Below are positions 38,501 through 50,256 of a stretch of 64,000 bases of DNA, piece after piece (the stretch's first letter is position 1; the number at the start of each line of letters is the position of its first letter). Position numbers and translations under genes: made by a program. Origin of the DNA: Octopus vulgaris (taxonomy: Eukaryota); assembly GCA_951406725.2 (NCBI GenBank), contig OX597817.1, positions 107,012,001-107,076,000 on the forward strand. The letters are read 5' to 3'. The notes under the pieces are model-generated. The model was not told the origin of the DNA. It did no database searches and was given only the letters and a program-made list of their open reading frames with translations.

Positions 38501-38517
38501 TAGGTTGCTGATGCCTG
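35516..38517 (-). mobile_element. full-length decayed hAT (Charlie/Buster/SPIN-like) DNA transposon
   Basis: 15-bp TIRs CTGGCATCGGTAACC / GGTTGCTGATGCCTG and an 8-bp TSD GCTTAATC / GCCTAGTC (6/8 match, central TA). Confidence 0.88.
35787..37640 (-). pseudogene. hAT transposase (GTF2IRD2/SPIN-like), frameshifted
   Basis: GKPFTDGEFIK, FSVAVDENTD, TTDGAHAMVG, HSNVHWLSQGNVLNRF, FLTDISKHLNDLNLHLQG, LLSAFGSTYTCKQMF. Confidence 0.92.
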
Positions 38518-39544
38518 GCCTAGTCCTAATTACACTTACCACCTCTTCACTCATAGATACACAACCAAGGAAAGACAAGCCAGCAAGTTTTCTGCATCCA
38601 TGGAGCCTCAGGAGATGCCAGCTATTGGTTAATTATAACATATCTACCTTAAGGTCCCTCCCTCCAGATTTTCTGGTGAGGTTTACTGCCTTAGCTTTTT
38701 GAATATGAGAAAATTGTGCTTTTCTCATTGATGTCATCAAAGATAAAGTGAAATAAGATGTCAGAAACTGGGAATAGAAATATGGTTGTGAACTCAATGA
38801 TGTTTAAGCACAACATTACTGAAATGACAAACATATGGTTAAAGTTAATATTCTTTTGTTTGTTTTAGCCATTACAGTTGAATGCTCCATGCTGGAGCAC
38901 CACCTGTAGTCTTTCTCTTCTTCAGTTTCATTATTATTTAGTATGAAGATGAGGAACAGTACTCATAACCCTTCTGAAGCTTCCTAGGCTTGTGAAGCTG
39001 GTGTTGGTTCTGTAGAATGTATCTGTAAGGGAAAGAGTAGACTGAGGGAAGTAGAATCCTGAAAGATGGCAGTTTGGAGAAGGAAATTCAGTATGGGATT
39101 GGAGTTGGGAAGAGTAAAAGAGAGGTAAGTGAATTGAGGGAATGTAGTTCCTTAATTGTGCATAGTTTGTTAATTCAGAGAAAAGGTGGACCAAATGATT
39201 AAAAAGTTTACTTCATAATTAGGAGATTCTAGATTTGAGTTCACTCTGAGACTTGAGAAAAAATCTTTTGCCATAGGTTGAGGTTGATGCAAGATTTGTG
39301 AGTGAAAATGGGTAGTGGAAACTGTGTGGAAGCCTATTAAATTGATTGTAGCTATAAATTAAAAAAATCCAGCCTTTTGTGGATCATTGAAATAGTCAGC
39401 CATTAATTTAATAAGTAGGCTGTTCTGTTGAGCAAGTAAATACTCCTTGTTGAAAATGATAGAGGATCCATCATCAGTTCAGAGGTGCAGAAACTATTGA
39501 AAATATCCAAATTATGTCATAAAGATGGGACTCTTATGTATGAC

Positions 39545-39697
39545 AGACTTCTTTTGATTTCAAACTACCAAATACTCTCACAAGACTTTACTTGATCCAG
39601 AGCTATAGTTGAAGACATTGACCCAAGGTACTGTGTAGTGGGACTGAATCCAAAACTACACAGTTGGGAAGTGAGCTTCTTAACCACACAGCCAGGC
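39545..39697 (-). mobile_element. decayed SINE 5' part
   Basis: Reverse-complement SINE head. Confidence 0.7.
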
Positions 39698-40617
39698 CTT
39701 ATTCAATAAAACCATGCCAATGCTCAAGCAACAAAAACCCTTAGTTTGTTATTATTGTGTAAATCAAACCTATAGTCAAAAGCAGTTCACTTATAGCCAT
39801 CACTTTTTAGTCATAGTATACCTCAAACTACATTGCCCATTATATATGTGATTTGATGGAGATTGATTGATATTTCTTGTTCATTGAAATTTCCTCATTA
39901 ATATAATATATACTGGCAAGAGTGAAATGATGCAAACACAGAAAACTGGGACAAATTCTTTCGAGTAATTGATATGATGTTCTATCAAAACTAACTTCAT
40001 TTTGCATCCCATTGGAATTGATAAATTAGTGCCACTTGAGAAAAACTCAATCAATTAAATTATTAAAAATTGGCTTTGTACTTAAAAATAGAAAGCATTA
40101 TGATAATTATTCGCATACCTCATAATACTCCAAATTTAATCCTTGTGGGTTACCAGAAGACATTTGATTTTGTTAGATCTTGTATTTTCTTTTCTTCTCT
40201 TAATGTGGACTGCAAGTCTGAACTTATCCATTTATTTAATATCTGACTAGCTATACTGGTTTATTTAAAGTACTCATTATAAACCAGCTTCTTTTTATGA
40301 TTTCCGTTCAGCAAAGAAAATAATTTTGTGGCATTAAATAGGACCATTAATATATAGAGAAGATGACTAACAATAGTTATATTAGATTTGGGCTAACTCT
40401 CATACATAGTCATCGCACAAAATAGCAGCATTTAACTTTGTTGAAAAGACTTGATATATTGTTATGAATTGCTATGAAATAAACTGAAGAATTGCATTGG
40501 TTGTTACTTTCTTAGTGATTAGGTAGGTAGTATGTAGACTATTCAGAGTCAACTTCTATTGTATTTCTTGACTATTTCTCTCTTATTAATTTTTTCTGTG
40601 ATATTTATACACATATA

Positions 40618-41030
40618 GGCGCAGGAGTGGCTGTGTGGTAAGTAGCTTGCTAACCAACCACATGGTTCCAGGTTCAGTTCCACTGCGTGGCATCTTGGGC
40701 AAGTGTCTTCTGCTATAGCCCTGGGCCGACCAATGCCTTGTGAGTGGATTTGGTAGATGGAAACTGAAAGAAGCCTGTCATATATATGTATATATATGTA
40801 TATGTATGTGTGTGTTTGTGTGTCTGTGTTTGTCTCCCTAGCATTGCTTGACAACCGATGCTGGTGTATTTACGTCCCTGTCACTTAGCAGTTCGGCAAA
40901 AGAGACCGATAGAATAAGTACTGGGCTTCCAAAGAATAAGTCCCGGGGTTGATTTGCTCGATTAAAGGCGGTGCTCCAGCATGGCTGCAGTCAAATGACT
41001 GAAACAAGTAAAAGAGTAAAGAGAGTAAAG
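40618..41030 (+). mobile_element. full-length abundant tRNA-derived SINE
   Basis: Consensus head, internal (TA/TG)n, and (GTAAAAGA)n tail. Confidence 0.92.
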
Positions 41031-41102
41031 AGTATGCAATAAACTGCTAGTTAAAGACAAGGCATATATGCTTGTTGCTCTCTCTTGTTTTCATATATAT
41101 AC

Positions 41103-41340
41103 ATCATCATCGTTTAACGTCCACTTTCCATGCTAGCATGGGTTGGACGATTTGACTGAGGTCTGGCAAACCAGATGGCTGCACCAGATTCGAATCTGAT
41201 CTAGCAAAGTTTCTACAGTTGGATGCCCTTCCTAATGCCAACCAATCCGAGAGTGTAGTGGGTGCTTTTACGTGCCACCGGCATGAGGGCCAATCAGGCG
41301 GTACTGGCAATGGCCACGCTCAAATGGTGTTTTTTATGTG
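41103..41340 (-). mobile_element. RTE-type 3' tail
   Basis: (CAT)n-CGTTTAACGTCC..CATGCTAGCATGGGTTGGACG..GGATGCCCTTCCTAATGCCAACC. Confidence 0.8.
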
Positions 41341-41702
41341 TCATATACTGAAATAAAATACATATACATATGTGTATATATATCCTCATCTCCTCCTCCT
41401 TCTCCTCCCTACCACCCATTAAAATCAAAATCATTTTTACATCCACTTTTCCATGCATGTATGCATGGGTTGGATGGGTCTCTTTGAAGTAGATTTTCTA
41501 TGTCTGGATGCCCTTTCTGTTACCAACCCTCACCTGTTTCCAACCAAATTAATATTTTCCCATGGCCAGACACATTTTCACAGAATATTGGGAATAAAGG
41601 ACATTGCTTGTATGACAGTGACATTCATTTATAACTATGAAGTGATGTCCAAGACAAGGAGACACATACACACACAATCATATATATATATATATATGCT
41701 TA

Positions 41703-42154
41703 TATAGGAAATGAGGCTGGCACTAGTTTGGTGCCTCACATTTCCTTACATAGTTGTTTAAAGGAAAATAGTGGGAACAAGAATCTCCGAACAAATAACA
41801 ATAATAATTTATTTTCGCTGAAATAAGCATTTCATCTCTGGACATCGGTAGCCTGGACGCCAGGGGTGGGTGGGGGGTGGAAGCAGCAGAGTCGGATGAA
41901 TCACAATTGTGAAGGTATTCTTCACAGATTCACCCAAGTCGTATTCACCTACACATGGAGCTCGTCTCGTTGCGTCTCGTTGCGTCTCGCTCGATCAGCA
42001 GTTGGAAGAAGAGAGAGAATAGCGGTCAAGCCTAGCTGCTGCTGATGACTGCGCATGCACCTAAGGGACTCCTGGCAGGCCTTCCAGAAGACTAATCCTT
42101 GTGCATGTGTGGATGAAAATCCCAAACTGGTGTCTGGAACCAAGTGTCACTACA
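41703..42154. mobile_element. solo LTR with 4-bp TSD
   Basis: TATAGG (decayed TGTAGG) ... CACTACA termini flanked by CTTA at 41699-41702 and 42155-42158. CpG-rich; minus-strand AATAAA at ~41808. Confidence 0.65.
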
Positions 42155-42164
42155 CTTATATACA

Positions 42165-42315
42165 ATGAGCTTCTTTAGTGCTTATCTACCAAATCCACTC
42201 ACATGGCTTTGGTCAGCCTGGGGCTATAGTAGAAACACTTGCCCAAGGTATCCTGCAGTGGGACTGAACCTGGAACCATGTGGTTGGGAAGCAAACTTTC
42301 TAACTATGCTGCCAC
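42165..42315 (-). mobile_element. SINE 5' part
   Basis: Reverse-complement SINE head. Confidence 0.75.
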
Positions 42316-42731
42316 TTTAGAGGTATCACACTAACAGACCAAAGTATGAAAGTGTAAAAAAAAAAATCTATATAAACATATTATATTTTACTCATAGTAC
42401 TTTGCATAAATGGAATGTCATGATGGTAACCTCCTGAATAATCAGTTTGGTCAGTAATTCAGGTTCAATTCACAGTTGGACCTTCTGATATAATCAATAA
42501 CTTGTAGAAAAATGGATTCTACCTAACTCATTTACTCAAGATGTGCCACATGATGAGGAAGCCTTCAATGATGATTCAACATATGCATTGTGAGACATTT
42601 TATATATGTACTTATGTATAAGCATAAATACATATATAAGTATGTATTTTGATATTTTGCTCAGGCATTGTGGGACTAATAACTTGGTGTAGAACTCAAT
42701 ATGCAAAGCATAAGTTGAGTATAGAGCGGTA

Positions 42732-42987
42732 ATAAGAAAATGAGATGACACAGGAATAAATGATTATCTAAGGAACTTCATTAGCTTAAAGTTGTTTCTG
42801 CAATAAAATGCAGTGGACTCACAGTTGAGTGCCTGACTAATACCTTATAGCTTCATATTCGAGGCTCTGATGAAGGTGTTAGTCAGGCACTCAACTATGA
42901 GTTCACTGCACCCTATAGCAGAAACAGCTGTAAGCTATTGAAGTTCACAAGATAATCATTTATTCCTTTGTCATCTCATTTTCTTAT
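42732..42987. repeat. ~115-bp-arm hairpin (42732-42846 / 42873-42987)
   Basis: Imperfect inverted repeat with a 26-nt spacer. Confidence 0.92.
42863..42936 (+). ncRNA. type I hammerhead-like motif with extended stem II region and palindromic stem III
   Basis: GGCT-CTGATGA-AGGTG...(47 nt total)...GCA-GAAA-CAGCTG-TA-AGCT. Confidence 0.65.
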
Positions 42988-43259
42988 AAGTATTTATATA
43001 CACATATGTGTGCATGTTTGTAAATATACTTGTCTATAATTTACCATGCCAAATAGATTCTCCAGGTAGGTCATTATTAGTTATAGTGGCCTGCTCTTTG
43101 TTAAGAATTTTGTCCAAAGTTCTCTTATTAAGAAATGGGTATCAGTGGTTCTCAAACCTGAACTGTATCTCATTTTAATTAATTTTCTATGTAATCAGTG
43201 GTACTTTCTCTTATAGTTCTTTCTGTTATTTTCATACCTTGGTCTATTAATGTGATACC

Positions 43260-43830
43260 TATAAAGCTACTTTCTTCTGGAACACCTTTGCCCTCATCAT
43301 AATTGATAATATTCCTTTGCCATTATTGGGTATGATACCTCTCTGTGTTACCTGATTGATTATAAGAGTGAAAAGCATGTGAACTACTTCAGATATTTTC
43401 AGCATCTCAGTGACTATCCCTGATGCCCCAGCAGTTTTCTCTTTCATTTCCTTAACCTTTCTGGTACCAAACCTCCTGAGATTGCCTCTGGTTCTATGGT
43501 ACAAACTTCTGTTTTGAAGTGATTTTAAAAAAAACCTCCATCGAAATTTCATGTTAATTTATGTTCAAAATACCAACTTAATAACGACAAAGTTATTTTA
43601 CTAAATTTTCCTAATTTTCAAAATTAGTTGAAACAAAGTAGTGAATTTCAACAAAAGGGGTAACAACACCTTCACAATACTGCTTTCACCTTTAATAACT
43701 GGTCCTTTGTTGGATTTATTTGGATTAGTTCCTCTTTCTGCCAGATATTCTTTTCATCCAATAACATTGTTAACATTTCCAACATTTCTTTTACCTTACC
43801 ATCAGTGAGAGCAAGTGCGCTACTTTTTTT
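43260..43830 (-). pseudogene. decayed RTE LINE fragment interrupted by a TTAA MITE (43456-~43640)
   Basis: KEMKEKTAGASGIVTEMLKIS..LINQV matches the RTE fragments at 4790 and 50370. The insert resembles the 10563/31001 MITE. Confidence 0.7.
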
Positions 43831-44001
43831 ATTCCTTTATTCCTTTATTTGTTTTCATTCATTAGACTGCTGCCATGCTGGAGCACCACCTTGAAAAATT
43901 AAATTTAATGATAATGTCATTATTCATGCTGACATAATTACTGTGCAGTCTAGAACACTTCAGGATTCTGATCCTCACATTGCAGAATATGTACAAACCT
44001 T

Positions 44002-44320
44002 TTAAGTTAAGTTAAGTTAAGTTAATTTTTTGGCTCAAAAAGCAAAAAGCAAGGCCATGTAGGGGGACATGGAGTTATGTACAGGGAAGGGTGTTCATGC
44101 AAAGAGTTCAGGCCATTTCTGGTCAAGAGAGACTTTGAACCGAGCGGTCGTCGGCATCTTCACTATCTCGTCCGGCAGCTTATTCCACAGATCCGCAACC
44201 CGGACGGAGAAAGCCCCTCTCCTTCGATTGAGATGAAATCGTCGCAGATAGAGCTTTTCGGAGTGACCCCGCAGCCGACGCTCTGGAGCAGGAATGAAGA
44301 ACAGCTCTTTCGAAAGGGTA
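44002..44320 (-). mobile_element. young CR1/L2-clade LINE 3' end with (TTAAC)n tail
   Basis: LRGHSEKL..RRGAFSVRVADLWNKLPDEIV..RFKVSLD is a CR1-group C-terminal motif. CpG-rich, with a tandem pentamer tail at 44002-44025. Confidence 0.85.
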
Positions 44321-44874
44321 CACTTTCCGCCACACATTATTAGGGTACTTTTTGAATAATGGTAGATTATATTTGTCAAGATAATGAGAAGAGTCATACT
44401 TGTAAAGATTAAAAGTGTGTTGGGTTGTGTTATACTTGTCAAGGAGGAAGTCATACTTATTACGTTAGGAGGTTGTTGTATGTCATAGGTGGTGAGAGAA
44501 GAAGAGTATTATTGTTGATAGTCATTCTTCCTCCTATGTTTGATAAAGAGAGTGTTTTCATTGTCATTTCAACATCTATGTTCCCATGTTGGCATTTGTT
44601 AGATGGACCAATAGAGAAAGTGTAAGTTCTCATTTGAACTTAGAATACTCCAAGACAGATTAAGGATCGTATCGCACTTGTATATATTTTTTTCTTTTTG
44701 GCATGGTTTCTACAGTTTGATGCCTTTCCTACTGCCAAACACTTTAGAGTGTAATGAGTGTGTTTTATATTCCAAGTAAATGAACCCAATAGAGAGAGAG
44801 AGAGACAGAGAGAGAGAGAAAGAGAGGGAGAGATACTATCATCATTGATGTCCTTGCATCTGTGTCCAACAGAA

Positions 44875-44896
44875 CATACACACACTCACACACATA

Positions 44897-44973
<77 letters not shown>
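44875..44973. repeat. (CA)n microsatellite
   Basis: Directly visible. Confidence 0.97.
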
Positions 44974-44977
<4 letters not shown>

Positions 44978-45169
44978 GTTCAGGGTGAGGCTTGTCAATA
45001 GCTATGTAATAAAAGTAGCACAAAGAGACAATCAATGTTTACTTAGCTTAGAGACTGGTACACCCTGGCTTTTCATATCCTCTGCGACATTTTATTGTTG
45101 AGAAACAAACTTTGTGACTTGTTCTGCTTCAGAACCTCTAATGTGATAGCCCAGTTCAACAGGTGTTTG

Positions 45170-45870
45170 GATGCTTTTATCTGATTTGAAGGTTTTTTGA
45201 TATGCTGAATCTAAAAACAGAATCTATTTTTTCCCATCATGTCTAGATTTTAAGATGCCCAAACCCCACAATCATCAGTGAGTGATATATGTGGACTTTA
45301 AGATAGTAAATGTTCTCCTGTAGCAACAAAGGGAATACACCAAATATCCATGTTTTTTATGTATGTGGAAAAACATTGGGTGATCAAAGAATGGCTGTAG
45401 TAAACATTAATTCCAGGGTTTTTTAATGTAGTTAAAGAGCCTTTACTTCTATCAGGAGAAATCATCCTACATCCACTCCATATTAAACTTGGCATTATGA
45501 AGCAGTTTGTTAAAGCACTGGATAAAGATGAACCATGCTTTCATTATATTCCCCAGTCTGAGCAGTGAAAAGATAAAAGCTGGAGTTTTTGATGGGCCTC
45601 AAATCAGAAAATTGATGAAAGATTGGAACTTTGTAAATTCAATGAATTTCACTGAAGCAACAACATGGAATTCATTTGTAATAGTTGTAAATGACTTTTC
45701 TGGGCAATAAGAAAGCTGACTATGAAGGAATAGTCAACAAAATTCTGGAGAACTTTCAAACATTGGGGGCAAATATGAGCATAAAGCTGCACTATGACCA
45801 CAGTCACCTTGATAAATTCCCTGAGAATCTTTGTGACAAAGGAAAATGTTTCCATCAGGACATAGAGCTT
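45170..45870 (+). pseudogene. decayed Chapaev-like (CMC superfamily) transposase fragment
   Basis: YTKYPCFLCMW, LHIKLGIMKQFVKALDK, EKIKAGVFDGPQIRKLM, MSIKLHYDHSHLDKFPENL, FHQDI. Confidence 0.7.
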
Positions 45871-46129
45871 GCAGGACTCAGAGACACACATGGAAAGGAA
45901 AATAGGAAAGTTTAATGAAGCATTTGATGAGAGGGAAACACAGAGGATTGGTGTAAGTTCTTACAGGACAATTTATTGAGGGTCTACATATCAAATCTGT
46001 GGCTGGTATAAAGTTCTAGCCAGTCAAAGATGATATGGTGGTAGAACAACAAAATAGACAGAACCATAAAAGGAAAGAGACAGGCTTGGAAAGAATGGAA
46101 GTATGTGTTTAGCAGAGAATTATACCAAG

Positions 46130-46344
46130 TAACTAAGAGAGATGCTTAAAAGCAAGTATATTTAGCAAAAATGAAGAGATTTGCCAATGTTCTACTGTGC
46201 AAAGAACAGTGAAATGAGTTGTTCTGGATTGCAAGACAGTGTATCAGTTAAAAGTAAGGCATTATGAGAGACAAGTACATATGGATGGACAATGACACAC
46301 TTGCACTTTGTGATTCTGAAAAGAAAGATTTTTGGAAGTGCTTC
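46130..46344 (+). pseudogene. RTE LINE segment 5' of Gypsy insertion
   Basis: Homologous to ~4500-4680 and continues at 50257 (..WKCF | ..ENAW..). Confidence 0.65.
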
Positions 46345-49300
46345 TGTTGTATCCTCCATCTCCAATGTCATGGGAACCCCTACGATATTGTGACAGATCG
46401 TTTTGATACTCTGTGCCAGTGTTGTAACAATAAACAAGATAACGATGCAGCCATAATAACAACGTAATGATCCAACAATCACTTCTCGAAACAACATTGA
46501 ATATTCCAAACAACCTAACAAACCAACACCTTCTGACTTCCCTGTGAACTAACTTGAACTAACACACAAACTTCACTCTGACTGCTACTATTTACAATCA
46601 CTTGGTCCAGTCTATTTCTCACAAGGAGGCATTGTGACTCTCATCACAACATCTCTCCTTTTGAGATTTTGACTTCCATAATAAGTGAAATTTATTTTAT
46701 TTTTTATTTTTCCAGCACCTCTACCTCACTTTTTTAGAAAATTTAATATCTTTTTCATTTTGACATTATTTCTAAGTGTACAGTCTGTCTCCTTTTCTAA
46801 TGCTGCTTCTTGGGGCTCAATCTCTTTCGGTGCTGGCACCTCAAACATGTCATAGCAGACTTCAACTGGTATTTCCTTTCGTTTTTCAGTATGTCTTGTC
46901 TTTAATTGGTTTAGGGGTCCCTTATGTTCCCAACATTGTCCTTTAATTAAATACATCATGTTTCCTAATCTTTTAGTTACAAAACCATCCTCCAAGCCTT
47001 CTTTACCATTTTTGTAAATTTTAAAATGAATTTTATCTCCTACTTCGAAATGTTTTGTTGCTTTTTCTGTATTTCCTTTAAATAATTTTTTTCCCTGGCA
47101 ATAAATTATCAAAGATCGATTTTATTTTTTGTGTGAATATTAACTCTGCAGAAGACTTTTGTGAACTGGTATTTGGATTGGACGTTATTCTATATACCCT
47201 CAAAAATTTTGTTAGTGCTTCATCATTACCTACATCATTCCTTGCTTTTTTTAACACTCACTTGAAAGTATCAATGAATCTTTCTACCTGCCCGTTTGAC
47301 CGCAGGTGGTTGGCCAGGGTGAAAATATGCTTTATCGCATGTATTTTGTAGAAAGTTTTGAATTCACTATCCGTAAATTGTGTTCCATTATCTGACAACA
47401 ATGTGTCTGGAACACGGTATTGGGCAAATAATTCATACAGGAACTTTATTGTTGTCTTTGTGGTTGGTTTATTGCACCTGCATACCTTTGGCCACTTTGT
47501 ACCACTATCAATTAGATAGTATGTGCCATTCATTGGTCCAGCATAGCCAATATGTACCCTGGACCACGGACTATCCATTTCAAGCCATGATTGGTATTTC
47601 ACCAGTGGTTCTTTGGCTGTTAGCACACAACCTCTACATGATTTTACACAATTTTCAATATCTTGTCCATTGTCAGCCAATATACATAGCTCCTCATTAA
47701 GGTTTTCATTCCCGACATTCCCAGGTTTCCACTATGAAATTCCTGCAATACTTGTTTCTGTAGTGCAGTTGGTATTACCACTCTTTGCTTGTACATTAAA
47801 ACATCGTCACATAGTGAAAAATTATTCAACTTTGTACTTTTATTTTGCTTATTTTTCAACATTTCTTTCATTCTTGTAATGTAATTATCCTCTGCGGATT
47901 TCATTTTTATATCATGCACTGTCACTGGCAGTTCATGAATAACATTGCACATAATGTTTTTAATTAACTTTTTCTTCAATTCAGCTGCTGAGTTCTTTTC
48001 ACTGGTGGGGCAGCCATTTAATGTACTGCCTTAGTGGGAAATCCCATAAGACAAATAATTCCATCCGGTCAGTACCAAACAGATTGATTGCATTCTTTAC
48101 AATGAAAATCTTTGTCTTGCAAGTTTTTTCTTAAAATGTGATATCATTCCACATTTCCCCTACAAAGTGTAGTTTGTCACCCATCACACCACGTGCAGTT
48201 TTCGCTGCTTTTTTTAACATAGATTTCCCTATTTTCTTCCATGTGTCGGTGTTAATGATTGAAATGTCACCACCAGTATCCAGTTGTAATTTAATATTTA
48301 CTCTGTTTACTTTTACGTGTACAAATTTCCTTATTTGAGAATCAATTTTACTTTCTGCTGACAGCACTTTAGAATTTTTTACATTTGACCTTCATACTTT
48401 TGTTCAGCAGTGAGAACTCTTGTGTCCAAATTTTTGACAACTGTAACATTTTTGATTTTTAAAAGGACAATCTTTTCTGAAATGTTGGCCTCCACATCTG
48501 TAACATGGATTAGGGCCTAGCAATCTTCTTTGGTTATACTTTCTCAGTTGACATCTGTATTTTTGCAAAATCCTTTTCTTGGATTTTTCTTACATTGTGT
48601 TTCAGGTTCACCATCCTTTGACACTCTTCTGCAACAGTCTGCAGGGTTAAATCTTAGTTTGCTTGTTCAAGTTTTGAAAGAATTCTTGCCTGTATTTCTG
48701 TATCTTCATTTGCTGTAAGGCCTTGTACAAAAATGAGGTACTTAAACATCTCAGGAGCAAGTTCTTTAAGTTTAAAACTTTCACACATTCTAGAAATAAT
48801 ATATTTCTAAATCTCTCAGAGAGATTTATGCAGTAGCAGCACAATAAAGTGATAGCATGTTGTCAACTTAATGTGACAGTCCCATAAAAGGGAAAAATGC
48901 TACTGTTATTTAGCCCTCGGAAACACCGTTTCCTGTTGGACTTGACACATTTCCTGTGTCCTTATGTTTTCAAAGTGGAGACAAGCACCTCCACCTAGCA
49001 AAGCCAGCATTCAGAGTCATTGCTCATCATCAGTCTGGAGTAGCATGGCTTGCTAGCTGTCGATGCCTATCCACCTTAGGAAACATATATATTTCAAGTG
49101 AAATACATTCACTGATTTTTGAAAATAGAAATAATATATTTCTAAATCTTTCAGACAGATTTATGTAGTAGCAGCATGATAAAGTGATTGTATGTTGTCA
49201 ACTTCATGTGACAGTACCTGACTTTGCTGGGTGGTGGTGCTTATCTCCACTTTGAAAACATAAGTACATAGGAAATGTGCCAAGTCCAACAGGAAATGGT

Positions 49301-50256
49301 GTTTCCTAGGGCTAAATAACAGTAGCATTCTTCCCTTTTATGGGACTGTCACATTAAGTTGACAACATACTATCACTTTTTCACACATTCTGTTGACTGT
49401 TCCTGCATATGTAATAAAGTCATCATCCTCTTTTTTAGTTAAATTACAACACTCCATTCGAGTATTAAATAGAGAAGTTTTATCATCGAACATGTTAGAC
49501 AGAAATTTGATTGCTTCCTGAAAACAAATTTCACTAGTGTTTTTTGAGCAAAATGAAATTGGAGTAGAGTTCATGCTCAGACAGAGCTAATTTATGTAAT
49601 AATAACCTTATTTTTTCTCTGTCCACCCATGTCTTGCAATCTTCCTTAAAAATCTCCTTGTACCTTCTGTAGTATGCTGCAAAAGTTATATCTTCATCTG
49701 GGTTATAATTGTATTCTGTTATGGATTTGATACGCTGTCTAGTGAAAATGAACTTACCTCATTTTCAGACCTCTTTGTGTATAGCTCCAATAATTGTTGT
49801 TGTTGTTGTGTTGTTTCTGTACTAGTTGCTTCTGCAACTCCTGTTGCTGTTCTTGTTGTTTTTGCAACTGTATTATAGAAGCTAATAGGTCTTCCATCAT
49901 TTAACAAGTTGTATCATGAAGAAATTGTTAAATAACCTATGTGAGCTTTGAAATCCTTGTTGCCAGATGTATCCTCCATCTCCAAATATTGTGGTACCAC
50001 AAATATTGTGACAGATGGTTTTAATACACTGTGCCAGTGTTGTAACAATAAACAAGATAATGATGCTGCTGTAATAACAACATAACGATCCAACAATCTC
50101 TTCATGAACAAACAATCGATATTCCAAACAAACTAACCAACTTCACTGTGAACTCAACTCAAGCTAACACACAAACTTCACTCTGACCGCTACTCTTTAT
50201 AATCACTTGGTTCAGTCTATTTCTCACAAGGGGACATCATGACTCTCATGACAACA
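46345..50256 (-). mobile_element. Ty3/Gypsy LTR retrotransposon, internally deleted (gag-protease-integrase; RT/RNaseH absent)
   Basis: LTRs 46345-46651 and ~49966-50256 (TG..CA). PBS TGGCAACAAGG next to the 5' LTR and PPT AAAAGGAGAGA next to the 3' LTR. Contains gag with CCHC knuckle, protease LQLDTGGDISII, and integrase (PWSRVHI.YAGP, SDNGTQF, SNGQVERF). Confidence 0.9.
48792..49378 (-). mobile_element. non-coding insertion in Gypsy gag with 13-bp TSD, direct + inverted repeats and hammerhead-like core (pLTR-like)
   Basis: TSD TTTCACACATTCT at 48779-48791 and 49379-49391; removal restores gag TVNRMCESFKLKE. ~90-bp direct repeat (~48790 / ~49127) and ~160-bp inverted repeat (48846-49006 / 49219-49379). 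Minus strand CCAGA-CTGATGA-TGAG caatga CTC-TGAA at 49004-49038. Confidence 0.8.

Noticed and set aside
40117-40490. Possible minus-strand exon (ASQILNKWISSDLQSTLREEKKIQDLTKSNVFW)
   Set aside because: In-frame stops nearby, a weak acceptor, and an ambiguous donor.
42545-42600. ATGATGAGGA...CAACATATGCA as hammerhead relic
   Set aside because: Both core boxes are mutated and the stems are not recoverable.
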